Positions 45,931 through 61,690 of a DNA stretch of 64,000 nt are shown piece after piece (position 1 is the first letter of the stretch; each line of letters starts with the position of its first letter). Under the pieces are notes generated by a model. That model was not told where the DNA came from. It worked only from the letters and a program-made list of their open reading frames with translations, and did not search any database. Origin of the DNA: the human T2T-CHM13v2.0 reference genome, Homo sapiens. Both the position numbers and the translations under genes were made by a program. The stretch is taken from NCBI RefSeq assembly GCF_009914755.1, contig NC_060929.1. One strand, written 5' to 3'.

Positions 45931-48900
45931 GGATTGCCTGGATTTAAAACTCAGGCTCCATCACTCAGCTCTCTGACCTAGGTGAAGTGACTTAACTCCC
46001 TCAGCCTCTGTTTATTCATCAGTAAAATATTAGTGCTTTCCTCAAAAAGTACGTTTTCTGAAAGTTAATGAGATGATAAATAATACAAGACTTAGATCAG
46101 GGCCTGGAAGGTCTTAGCAGGTCTTAAATGCCCAATGAATGTTGAGATCTTAATAACAAAATAGTAATAATAACAATTCTCTATCTGAAGTACAAGAGAT
46201 AATATGTCAGAATGTTAAAATAAGAGGCTTCTTTGTATCACCGTATTATTGTTTTATATTAAGAGTAATAGGTACAGAGTATACATTACTGGAGTCTGAC
46301 CTGTGATCTTAACCTGCCTTTTCCACTCACAAAGTATGTGACCTTGGGCAAATGACTTAACCTCCTTGAACCTTGTTTTCCATTGCTAACATCCAGATCA
46401 TAGTAAACCACAGAGAGTTGTTGTGAGTTTTAAATAAAATCATGTCTATAACATGCATAGTACAGTGCCTGGCAGAGTATGCGCTCAATAAGTGTTCGTA
46501 AAACACCCTTCCTTCCCCTTCTTCACAGAAGATTGCCTTTTGCTTTCAGGGCAACAGTTCAGAATATTTGAAATCAGAGATGATTGTTAGCCACTATTAC
46601 CATAGGTTAGTTTTGAGATTTTGAATCTTTGAACATATCTAAAGTATATTTTGTGCTCTGAAGGTAATAATAATGAAACTAAAAGAACAAAATGTATAAT
46701 TTCAGAGAAAAAATGCATGATGTTTCCTCAAAACTGAACAGAAGTTCTACTCAGCTTGTATTTAAAAATAGACACTTCAGAATATCTGGAATGAATCTAA
46801 TTCTTCGGTAGCCTGAGGTTGCTTTGCCTTCCAGTATTTACTGTGTCTTTTAGGTGATCTGAAAAGATTCATAGAAGGAGGAAAAATTAGGAGATCTAAT
46901 TCAGACCTTAGGTGGTATGAGTTTCTTTAGGTACTTGGAAATTAATTTTTCTTTCTGTAAATTACAACAAAACCAAACCTACCAAGAAAGTCCATATAAG
47001 GGGAAAAGAAGAGTCTTTTAAGGACTTTGCTGTGGCAGAAGGTTTTTCTTTCCCTGAAACAAGCCCATATCTCATTCCTCAAGAACTGCTGAGCAAAACC
47101 ATGGGGGTAACTGCCAAAGCCAGATGTCAAAACCTGGTACAACGATTGCTGTCTCTTTGCAAACTTCAGCATCTTGCTGGAGTAATCAATCCCAGATGTC
47201 CTGGAACTCTGCTAGTTTTCCGATGTACTCTCCTGCTTCTTACCTCACCTCTTCCGGAAACTCGTTGACTACACTCACTGGACTTTCATTGCTAGGAGCC
47301 CGAATTCTTGGCTTTTGAAGCCTCTGCAAAAAAGCTAAAGTAGAAATGGCTCCTTGAAATCAGAGTTAATTTCAAGGTTAAATGATAGTTGCAAGGGCCT
47401 CAAATAAAATTTTGGTGTACAGAAAGGGCATACAAAAATCTCAGATTTAAACTTTCAGGTTGGTTAGTCTAACTTTTACCTAAATGTAAAATGTACTTCT
47501 TTTGTACATTTCTAGCTCATTTAAGCACTAGAAATACTAGTATGTTTAAGATATAGTCCCTTACGTGAAAACAGACATGTATGACCAGATTACAAGTTAG
47601 TCTGTAGTAAGTCTTTAGTAGAAATGTAAAGGAAAAGGGCAAGTAATAAATCATGAGGTTAGAAATGTGGGTGGAAACTCTGCGTAGGTTGGGGGATGGG
47701 TTGCAGGTTCTTCGAAGAAAAGTAGCCATTAGCAGGTAGACAAGAAGCTAGAGGAGAGTATTCCAAGTTGCATGAACAGAAGCATAGTGGCGTAGATACC
47801 CGATATTGCTGAGGAAAAGCAAGTGGCCTCGAGTGGTTGTAGTTTAAGGTACCTAAGGAGGGACGTGCTGGACATGAGTTTGGAAAGACAGACTGGGGTG
47901 AGATTATGGAATTTTTATGTACTGCGCTAAGGCATTTGGGATTTATTTAGTAGACAGAAAGCAACCATCAAAGAGTTTTGGGTAGATATGACATGATCAA
48001 TTATTAGCTTTAAAACATTAACTCTGACAGCAATGAGAAGGATAGATGGTACCTAGGGAGAAGTGGGGAGAGCAGTTAGGAGGTAGATCTGATAGTCCAA
48101 GGGAGAGATGTTTAGACCCTTAATTATCTAAAGCCGTAGTAGGAAGAACGTGTAGAGGACAGATCGAGAAGCTATATGGAGTCTGTATTGACAGACCGTG
48201 GGACCAGTCAGATGTGAGGTTTAATAGAGGCAGGAATCAAAGGTAACTTTGAAGTTTCTAGCTTGGGCAACTGGGTGAATGGCAATGCTATTAAATAGTA
48301 TTGGCAAGAGGAATAATCTTGGAGGATTTCTAGGGCGCCTGAGGGAAGATGGTTTCCACTTTGGATATGTTTGCAATACCCACAATACATTCACCTGGCA
48401 ATGGCTGTTAAGTTGTTGGCTGTATGGGCCAGGAGCTCAAAGAAATGATTCTGAAGCTAATGGAATGGATAAAATAACCCATGGAATACATACATGTGAA
48501 ACAAGAAGGCTTAGGAAAGAACTTTGGAGCATGCTTACACTTATTTCAGAGAGAATATAATATGGTGATTTGGTAGCAGAACAGCTGGGGCTCAAATTTG
48601 AGCTTTCCCACTTATAGTGAGACTTCCTAAGGCTTACTTTCTTCATCTGTGAAAATGCACAGAAATAGAGCACTTCATTTTAAGTGCTTTACTTAGTGTA
48701 TGGCACATAGTAAGCTTCTGTGAAATGTTAATTATTGTAATTATCATTATTGTATTATTTAGGGATCACGCAGAAAGAGGAACTGAAAAGGAGTCTCTGA
48801 AAAAGTCCTTGAGAATTAGGAGAGTCAGGAAAAAATAGAAAGGAAATCAGAGGACAAAGTTTCAATGAAAGAGAGGCCAGTGTCATTGTTACGAAAGACA

Positions 48901-49919
48901 CGAGGAGACACTTCAAAGAGGAAGAAATGCATATGACCAATAAACACACACACACAGATTTCCAATCTCAGGCAGGATTCAAAACATAAAATGCCATTTT
49001 TAACCTATCGTTTTTGTGGTAATGAAAAATACAGGCAAGAAAACCCAGCTCTGTCAAAAGTATGGGGAGCTCAGCCTTCTCAATACTCTATTTATATGGG
49101 ACTGTATCTTGATTGCACCTTTTTGGTGGATATGTTGGGAAAAGTTAATAGAATGTTTAAATGCCTGTAACCTTTGACTCTGAAAGACCACTTCTAAGAA
49201 TTTGTCTTTTGAAATCCTTACACAAAATATGTATTTATAAATATAAGTATATATACAAATATACACCTATACATACATAAATATATCTTTTAGATTTGTT
49301 TATAATAGCAAACAATGGGAAAAAAATGTCTACCAGTAGAAATACTAGTACATTTTTATTGCCATATAATATGGTCATTCAAAGGCATGATGTAGAGCTT
49401 TAAGTGTCATGGAAGAATATTCCCATATATACTGTTAGGGCTAAAAATATGAAAAGTACACATTAGTGAGCAATATATATAGCATAACTCATAAGTATAT
49501 GTAAATATGTAGTTAGTGCAAAGGACAGTAATTATCTCTAGGACAGGATTATGGAGGACTTTCAAATTCTATGTTATGTATTTCTGTGTCATTTTACTTT
49601 TTACAATAAATATTGTGATGATAAAAAAGATACATTTTAAGAGTATGGTATATGTGTCAAATATTAAGAGAGTGCCATGTAGTGGTAAGGAATGGACTAG
49701 TGCCAGATGGCCTGGGTTATAATCCCAGCTCTGTCTTTAGCTGTGAGATCTTGGACAAATCGCTTTACTTCTCAGTTTCCTCATCCATAAAATGGGGATG
49801 ATAATAATATAATATCTACTTCATAGGGTTGTTATGAATAAATAAGTTAATGTAAGTAAAACTGCAAAGAAAGGTGCCTGGCACATAGTATGTGCTAATT
49901 AGAGATGATGAGAGTGTTA

Positions 49920-49952
<33 letters not shown>
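49920..49952. repeat. (ATG)11 microsatellite
   Basis: Directly visible, downstream of a MIR-like element at about 49675-49900. Confidence 0.92.
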
Positions 49953-51544
49953 TTAATGGTGATGATGAAGATGACAATGATTGCAGATGGAAAGGGAAGG
50001 ATGACTAATCAGAAGCCATTATATTGGCAAATAGAAAATAATCACTGACATCACTGATATTAGCATGAGCTGTATTTGTAGAGAAGACCTTTGAGATTAC
50101 TGTTTGTCCAGTACCTGATTAAATACCTCCCATAATCAGGAATTTACTCATTATCTCTCAAAATGGCCCCTTCCTTCCATTACTGGACAGTTCTGATTGT
50201 TAGAAGAATGTAGTAGTTAAGGTCATAGACTACATTTAAAGTTAGACATATCTGTGTTTGAATCCAGGCTCTACCACTTTCTATGTGCCATTAGGCAAGT
50301 TATCTTAAGCCCCACTTTTCTCTAATGAGGATTAGAATAGTATCTATAATGTAGAAACATAATGAAGAGTAAATGAGATTATTTACATAAAGCACTTAGC
50401 ACAGTATCTGGTATACTGTTAAGTGCTCAATAAATATCAGCCATTTTAACAACTCTACCTAGTCATCAAACTTACTGGATGTATGAAAGCATGAAGTTAT
50501 CAACTTTATCTTTCTATCTGTCAGATGTCTCTGGAACAGCTGCATACCGAAAAGTTATTTTGATATACCTTTTGATGGGTATAAAGCTGTAGAAACCAAC
50601 AGAAGGAGCAGGGAGAACCATCCTTTTCTCCTCATAAGAGGGGAGTAAGGAAGGTGCCTCAATGCCTATTAAACTATTAGTGATATTCAGTCCTCTTGGT
50701 CATATGAACAAAATGGAACAGCCTCTTTTGGGCTGAGGGGCTGGAGAAGGAAAGTAGGGTGGAGATGGGGATTTGGGAGGTGATTATTTCCAGAGAGAAG
50801 TGAGCAAGGAAAAAGAAAGGAGGTGATATGCTGCAGTACATTTTGTATCAGCCAGACCAGTCTTGGGCAAGACCTTAGTGATGAAATGTATGTTCCATAA
50901 GCTGGGTTGTTTCCAGGCTGCTGCATTCATCTTCTTTTCCTATTATTTATTAGTAAACATTCCAACACTCCATCTACAAAATTAAGGAGGAAATATCTGG
51001 CCAAACCTTGGTATGAGTGAGTGAGGAGCACAATCTGCTCCACCAGAGCCAGGTAGCCAAACAAGGGGCAGCAGCTTTTCCAAATCAGGATTCTAGGACT
51101 AGCTGGAGGCATTGGGGCAGGTAGAGAAGTGAAAACTCAGAAGCCTTTAGTTCCCTGCTTGAGGGTCTCTTTTATGGGGAACAAGGGCTGCTAAGCCACA
51201 GTGAGCCAGCTCAGTGTACCTTATCTTTAGCAGAGCAGTGGGGAGCTCTGCAATCCCCAGCTACTCTGCCACGCCCACAGAAATGGTCTGATAGGAGAGG
51301 ATAGCATGGAATAGGGCAGGCAGAGCTTGAGGTTCCAGAGCAAAAGGCTGGGTTTGGTGGAGCTTGATTATTAGTGTTGTCTGCCCTGGGGTACGGGTGG
51401 GGGAACAGCTGGACTTCTACCACATACTTGCTGTTCAGGTATAGAGAAAGAGCACTGTATTCTGAGTCAAGGCACCTTGTGTGTGAATCCCAAAAACCAT
51501 GCGACCTTAAGTCACTTAAACATTGAGTCTCAGTTTCTTCATCT

Positions 51545-51950
51545 TCATTCATTCCTTTAACAAACATTTTTTGAGCACCTACTAAGTGCCAGGTGCAGTT
51601 AGAGCTGCAGGTGGTAATAAAGATAAATAAAACATGGTCATTAATCTTAAGGGGACAACATTCTAGTGTAAGAGAAAACATGAAGAAATAATAACATGAA
51701 ATTTAAGTTCTGGAATAGCATTCTCAGTGCAATGAAAGGAGAGACAATCTATGAGAATTGGAAAACACTTCATAGAGAGGGTGACATTTGAGCCATTTCT
51801 TAAAGGACAAGTAGCAGTTCATCCAGATGGAGAAGAGAAGCCATTCCTGGAAGAAGGAACTCTACATACAAAGGCACAGAAGCATGACAGAGGGCAGTGT
51901 ATGGAGGAATGGTAAGTACTTTACAGCTGTTGTACAGGGCAGCATGTCCT
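51545..51950 (-). mobile_element. L2 3' fragment (hosts the DK* exon)
   Basis: ttcattcattc..aacaaacattttttgagcacctactaagtgccagg, ggtgacatttgagc, cattcctggaagaaggaac..caaaggcacag. Confidence 0.8.
51806..51911 (+). CDS. TTC23L: L2-derived TTC23L exon supplying DK* (stop 51812-51814), then UTR
   Basis: atttcttaaag|GAC AAG TAG; consensus G|gtaagt donor at 51912; matches the ...KQDK C-terminus I recall for human TTC23L. Confidence 0.7.
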
Positions 51951-52139
51951 GAAAGGGGCTGCAAGAAATGCTGATTCCAAGGGATGTGTGCCAGTTCTCT
52001 GGGGGAGGAAGAAAGGCTCTGTAGCAGAAAGACAAAAATCATTTAAGGAAAAAAAAAAACAAAAAAAACAGGTTTAAACAAAGTGACACAGGTTACTTTT
52101 CTGAAGGGCTTCTCAGGACTTTTAATATACAAAACCTTC

Positions 52140-52439
52140 GGCTGGGTGCTGTAGCTCATGCTGTAATCCTAGCACTTTCAGAGGCTGAGGCAGGTGGATT
52201 GTCTGAGCTCAGGAGTTCGAGACCAGCCTGGGAAACACAGTGAAACCCAGTCTCTACTAAAATACAAAAAATTAGCCGGGCGTGGTAGCATGCGCCTGTA
52301 GTCCCAGTTACTCGGGAGGCTGAGGCAGGAGAATTGCTTGACCTGGGAGGTGGAGGTTGCAGTGAGCCGAGATTGTGCCACTGCACTACAGCCTGGGCAA
52401 CAGAGCAAGACTGTCTCCTAAAGAAAAATAAAAAAAAAA
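52140..52439 (+). mobile_element. Alu (S-like)
   Basis: Full Alu; flanking atatacaaaaccttc repeat. Confidence 0.9.
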
Positions 52440-52504
52440 TTAAACATTAAAAAAAATACATATATATACAAAACCTTCCTTATTGGCATGTTGGGAACAA
52501 ATCA

Positions 52505-52658
52505 GGTTTTTAACATTTTTATTTTTATATTTTAAATTTGTAGTGACGAGGTCTCACTATGTTGCCCAGGCTGGCCTCCAACTCCTTGGCTCAAGTGATC
52601 CTCCCGCCTCAGCCTCTCAAAGTCCTGGGATTACAGGCATGAACACACCATACCTGGC
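52505..52658 (-). mobile_element. Alu monomer (FLAM-like)
   Basis: Antisense arm; flanking caaatcag repeat. Confidence 0.82.
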
Positions 52659-53491
52659 TGCAAATCAGTTTTTTAGAAACCATTGTATTTTACATACCTA
52701 AAGTCTTTTTGAAATGATCAGTGATTTAAATTTTGGCAAATAAAACCTTGCCCTGTCTTTAGAATCAAAGTAGAGAAACTAAGGTTTGGTTTTGTTGAAA
52801 GCAAAGGGTGTAGTGTATACTTGCCCTGAGGGTATACATGAATACTTTTGCAGTTTGGTAAGGAATTTTGGCCCCACTTTAGGACATAAAGTCTTTATGA
52901 ACTATGATTATCTCATCAACTATTTAATCTGATCATAGAAATATGACTTCAGTGCATCCCTATGAATTAATCTTTTTGATTCATGGTGGTTAAGAGCTGT
53001 AGTTCTGGAGACAGGCAAGCCTGAGTTCAAACCCCAGGACTACCACTTTCTAGCTATGGGCAATCCTGGTTTCTTCATCTATAAAATGGGGATGAAGTAT
53101 AGTACCTATCTCAGTGTTGTTGTGAGAATAAATGAGATAATGCATTATATGTAAAGTGCTTAGCAGAGTGCCTGGCCCCATAGTAATCATGTACTAAGTA
53201 ACAGCTATTTTTAGTTTTACTGAAAGCTGGTCTTCGACTTTATTACCTTCTACTGGCACCACTGTTGCACGAAGCAAACGGAGATAGGGGCTGAATATTT
53301 TGAAAAGCTACTACCAAGCTGATGTGGAAAATATTTTGCTGGTTAACATCTCGAAAAAGATATAGACTTATCAGGTTCTGGAAACACTGTTAGTCTCATA
53401 GACAAGCAGTCTGACACAGTCACCTAAACTCAAAGATAATATATACACTATGGAAATCAGTTGTCCTTTCAGGTTTCAGACAAGGGGAATC

Positions 53492-53506
53492 CTGCCACCT
53501 TGTGGT
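53492..53506 (-). promoter_or_regulatory. candidate CTCF site
   Basis: Minus strand ACCACAAGGTGGCAG fits the CCASYAGRKGGCRS core with one mismatch; lies in unique sequence. Confidence 0.5.
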
Positions 53507-54425
53507 GCGACAGAAGTAGGCCCGAGGCTGATTCCCACTTACTATCCCTAGCAGAGATGCAGCCCTCTTACAGTTCTTTGCCCACCTCTGAATTTATGAG
53601 ACCCCTGGGCAACTAACTTAATCTGTGCCTATTTCTTCAGCTAATTTGGAATCTCATTATCTCCTGGTTTACTGCAAAGGAAGTTAAAGTGCCAGATAGC
53701 TTTCTATATTTTATACAGTCCAGTAATAGAGAATGAGCCTGTCTTTAGTGCAACTTGCATAGAAACCCCAAGTTCATAAAATTTTGTATTTCATATTCTA
53801 CAGAACAAATATTCTTTTCAAGTAAAAAAAGGGCTATGAAAACCACTTTTTTCAGGCTTGAGGTAGAAATAGGAGGTGACTAAAGAACACTTAATAGTAA
53901 CTGTGTTTCTGGAGCAGTCTTTTGGATCATAATACATCAAATTCCTGCTCAGCTCCTTCAGTAATGGGAAATCAGAGGACAGACATCTCAACGGCTAGAA
54001 ACAAGCAAGAGAGATCTTTCACAGGGCCTCGGGCTGTAAGTCTCCGAGCTCGTGAGAAGAAACCACTTGAAAATCATCAACTATATAAAAGGCCCTAAAT
54101 TAGATAAGTTTTCCACCTGGGATTTAAACAATCCAGGTGGCTCAAATATCCCTGGTTTGCCATCTGAATCAAGGGAAGAGCTCCCTGCTGTTTAGGAAGA
54201 AAACCCGAGACTCTAGTAAGATTTTAGAGGCCTATTAGAAGAGCCAGCATTTTGAGAGTATAGTCATGTGGTGGAATAATGGTGACACAGTCGCCTCAGG
54301 CTAAGTTCAGCCTTTGGCTCAGGTAAGGCAATGAGATCTGCTGCTGGGGGAGGCAGGGCCAGTTATGGAGGAAGAGAAGGCAAGAACCAAGAAAAATGCT
54401 CAAATGGTTTTCTCCTTTCCTCTAG

Positions 54426-54500
54426 GTCTTCTGTTATCAAATTGAAAACCTCTATACAGGATAGCCAACAATAAAGACAACCTTGTTGATGATAAAAATT
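54426..54500 (+). other. TTC23L: TTC23L terminal exon (UTR in the DK* form; coding (R)SSVIKLKTSIQDSQQ* if joined to 43570)
   Basis: Strong acceptor ttttctcctttcctctag|; AATAAA at 54470-54475; 3' end approximate. Confidence 0.68.
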
Positions 54501-54644
54501 CTCGACCACAAAATGTTTCTCAACACTGATAGCAGTGGCAGATCTAAAACAACGGTTTTTTATTAAGGACTCTGGGAAAAAAAGGTCCACTTAGCAGCAG
54601 CATTCCAGGTGAAATACCCAAGAGCCATTAGAAACTAGGATCCT

Positions 54645-54958
54645 GGCTGGGCGCGGTGGCTCATGCCTATAATCCCAGCACTTTGGGAGGCCGAGGCAGG
54701 CCAATCATGAAGTCAGGAGATTGAGACCATCCTGGTCAACACGGTGAAACCCCATCTCTACTAAAAATACAAAAAAAATTAGCTGGGCGTGGTGACACAT
54801 GCCTGTAAACCTAGCTACTCGGGAGGCTGAGGCAGAAGAATCACTTGAACCGGGGTCGGAGGTTGCAGTGAACTGGGATCATGCCACTGCACTCCAGCCT
54901 GGCGACAGATAGAGACTGCGTCTCAAAAAAAACAAACAAAAAACAAACAAACAAACCC
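54645..54958 (+). mobile_element. Alu (S/Y-like)
   Basis: TSD aactaggatcct. Confidence 0.92.
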
Positions 54959-55147
54959 AACTAGGATCCTGATCTATGACTTGGGGGAAAGAAATCTTTT
55001 AGTCACATGCTTTAAGTTAGTTTTTTGTGTCACTGGAACTCCATTACCTTCCATTTCCCTTTTTCTAACTCTATTCCTTTCAGTTCTGACTTTTTAAAAA
55101 ATTCTGCGATACCTAAGGAGTTTATTGGTGAACACTTTCATGTACTA

Positions 55148-56351
<1,204 letters not shown>

Positions 56352-56500
56352 TATTTGGAGGTGTTTTTAGTCATAGCCTGTTTGAGGTCACCAAAACTGC
56401 CTTGGGAGGAATAGTTTGAACCTTCTGAAACACTTACCCTGATCTGATTTACTGAACTCGTCATAACATGTTCAAAGTCAGAAAGGACCATTTTATTTTA

Positions 56501-57058
<558 letters not shown>

Positions 57059-57177
57059 TTACTTTCTTGTGAATTTAGCGACAGAGAAATCTCATTTGGG
57101 TTTGCACTATAAATAACTTTAATTTTTCTCTCTTCATCTTTTCCCAGTTGTCTAACTTGATTTAATACAGCTCAAAT

Positions 57178-57477
<300 letters not shown>

Positions 57478-58354
57478 TCAAAGACCCTGTGTCTTTGGGG
57501 ATCCAAGTGTATCACTATCAACATCTATATCAACGCACTCAGTGCTTACAGAACCACATTTTGGTTCTTCATTCAGGAAATTATTTCAGTCATTTGTTCA
57601 GCCTGTAAAATCTAAGAATCAACCAGTACCCAAGGTATAGTGAGTTGTGTTCTGCTGTGGCAGAAGCACACATATACTAACTAAGCCAAAGCCTTGTCCA
57701 CTGACTGGTAGGCCTTCTCCTGGCAGTTGCCGACTAACTCCCAGGATGCTTTAGGGTTGGCACTCAGGATCAAGGTCCCACATTGCAGACCTGGCTGAAA
57801 GCAGCTATATATTCCATTGCCCTTCTCTGTGGTGCTTATTAACTGGTCACTTGGCCTATCATTGTTCATTTTAGCCCTTTCTGGAGATGGGGCTGCTGTT
57901 CTTCCCCAGAATATTCTGAATTGATTACAGTAGCATCAGAAGAGTTGCTTCCATTTTCACATACGTAGTTGAAAATAGCTCTTCAACGACTGACATTAAA
58001 AAAAAAAAAATACCAGAAAGAAATGGCCATTCAGACTCCATTTTGGGTGGCACCAAAATTTATAAAATGTTACTATTTTGCAATCCTAAGATCTCCAAAC
58101 TGACAAACCTATATCAATAAACAGTAGCATAACACTGTGAAATAAAATTTTATGGTGTACCTGTTCCTGCATTTGGATTGTTTTTAATGTTTAAAGTTTT
58201 TCTTTATTGTCAGTGTAAGGTTGCCATTGTCTGAGGTTTTGATATTAAAATGTTTTATAAAATGGTGGTGATACTGAATCATATAATTTTAACATCCTTA
58301 TACCTAGTAAAATAAGTTGGCACCTATGTTGGTCCCCAAAGTTTTTCCCAAAGG

Positions 58355-58660
58355 CATTTTTAGAGCAGTTTTAGGTTCATAAAAAAAATTAAGGGAAAGC
58401 TAGAGATTTCCCATTTACCCCCTACCCGCACACATGCCTAGCTTCTCCCTTATCAACATCTCCCACCAGAGCGGTACATTTGTGACAACTGATGAACCCA
58501 CACTGACACAGCATTATTACCCAAGTCCATAGTTTACATGAGGGTTCACTCTTGGTGGTATACATTCTGTGGGTTTGGAAAAATTATAATGACATATATC
58601 CACCATTATAGTATCATACATATTAGTTTCACTGCCCTAAAAATCCTCTGTGCTCTGCCC
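58355..58660 (-). mobile_element. old L1 (L1M) 3' end
   Basis: tttagagcagttttaggttca..ggtacatttg..ccatagtttaca..agggttcactcttggtg. Confidence 0.8.
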
Positions 58661-58903
58661 AAAAGTTTTAAAATTTTACTATTTTGGTGAAATCCCAAAG
58701 TCTTAACAAGCCACATTAGAAATATAAAGTTGCATTCTCACTGCAAAACCACAGAAGCTACTTTCTAAATTCAACCAATCTGGATAACCCAATCCAATCA
58801 AACACCTGACATTTCTAACAGATCTGAGCTAACATACAGAGCTCTTACAATTCTTCTGAATTAGCTAACAAGCACTGACATTTTTGAGGTGGATGAGGAT
58901 TAG

Positions 58904-59302
<399 letters not shown>

Positions 59303-59346
59303 CAATAAACATTTTTTAGCAAGCAAACAAAAAAGTTTATGTAAAC

Positions 59347-59643
<297 letters not shown>

Positions 59644-60977
59644 TTATGTAACCTGTTCTGTATGTTCAATGACGTACTACCTGCTGATTTGGTAAGTTCA
59701 CCCACCACTGCATTAAAGGTCCACTTAAGGCAGGCTTGACAATATTCCAGAAATAGTACTGTCCTAACGTAGTCAGCCACGGCAACCAAAATCCTTGGAC
59801 AAAATGGCAGGAAGCAAGACCATTTTGGAATCAAGTGTCAGGCACCATGCCTAAGGGTACAGGCCACAGGGTTTACTAGATTGTTACTTCCTTTTTACTT
59901 TAGTATGAGGAAATACTCTGAAATAATTTAGTAAGTTCACATATCCTGAATACCTCTAGTTTTGCCAGTGAGAGCCACTACTAGTATCTATTATAATGAT
60001 CAACAAGCTATGAATTTCAAAAATATATTTCACACATTTACTCTGCTGATTATCGAAATCTCTGGACGTGACTGAGATACAGATACGAAAAGCACTTGAA
60101 ACCGCTGCTTTTGGTGTTTCTGTTTAGAACACTAGCTGTCCACTCCTGAGAGGGAAATTCTGTTAAAGCTAATGACTCCTCCTGGGGTGCTTGTAACCTG
60201 ATTCTAGTATAAAAGCAGCACTGCCTATTCCAAAGAGAATGAAAGCAAATTACAAACATAATTGGGAAAAGAAAAAATACTATACACTCCGATTTCTCAG
60301 GACCCAATAGATTTTATTTCAGGTGGGGATAAGGGACAAGCAATGTGAAGACAGGGAAGGAAAGAAGGAAGTCTCTATGTTCTGAAGGACTGCCTACCCC
60401 ACTGTTGAGAGTGCCACATTCTGCCCTTTTAGCAATTTTAATTAATTTTTACTAGGACTTTGGTAACACCACAGAAACCCTGTGGCTTCCTGTTAAAATG
60501 ACTGTGTTACATGCCTTATTTTTATTAAAGTGGAATTTAACAAATACTTTTATTATTTTGAAGCATTTCATCAATTCTCGGTGGAAGCACTACATCATCG
60601 AATGGGAAATCAACAAATGAAAAATGAAAAAAAAGATTATCCATTCACAGTAAGCACCATTTTACTAGAAAGAGAGATAAACTTCAAAAAGACAGAACTA
60701 AAAGTCTTTAAATATAAGACTGTATTCTTCTATATACTACACATCAATTTGTAGTGGCACCAAAGTGTCGCCTGCTCTGCCTGAGGGAGCACTCCCCCTA
60801 GTGATTTTCCATAGGAAATAAAGTTAAACTTTTATTAAAGTAAAAATTCCTGGGTCAATTAGAACACAAATAAGGAGGAAATTCTTTATAAAATAAGTAC
60901 CTTGATGTTAGGGTGACTTAGAAACAATTCATTAGTCTTTGAATTCTAAATAGCTGAAGACATGCAGCTAAAACAAT

Positions 60978-61289
<312 letters not shown>

Positions 61290-61389
61290 TAAAATAATAG
61301 TTTTAAATGTACAAAAATATCCATCCTTACTGAGCTGATTTATATTTGTTTTAAATTCTTTTTAGATTCAACTTTTAAAAAATACATTA

Positions 61390-61690
61390 GGCCAGGCATG
61401 ATAGCTCACGCCTGTAATCCCAGCCCTTTGGGAGGCCGAGGCGGGTGGATTGCTTGAGCTCAGGAGTTCAAGATTAGCCTAGGGAACATAGTAAAACCCC
61501 ATCTCTACAAAAAATACAAAAATTAGCAGGGCATGGAGGCATGCACCTGTAGTCGTAGCTATTTGGGAAGCTGAGATGGGAGGATTGCTTGAGCCTAGGA
61601 GATTGAGGCTGGAGTGAACTGTAATCCTACAACTGTACTCCAGCCTGGGCAACAGAGCAAGATCTTGTCTCCAAAAATAAAAATAAAAAA
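61390..61690 (+). mobile_element. Alu (J-like)
   Basis: Sense Alu. Confidence 0.9.

Noticed and set aside
51211-51681. longest ORF (156 aa, minus strand)
   Set aside because: Runs across L2/MIR-like fragments; no recognisable domain or splice context.
54318-54328. consensus-like donor CAG|GTAAGG about 100 bp before the terminal exon
   Set aside because: No clear upstream acceptor or promoter to define an exon.
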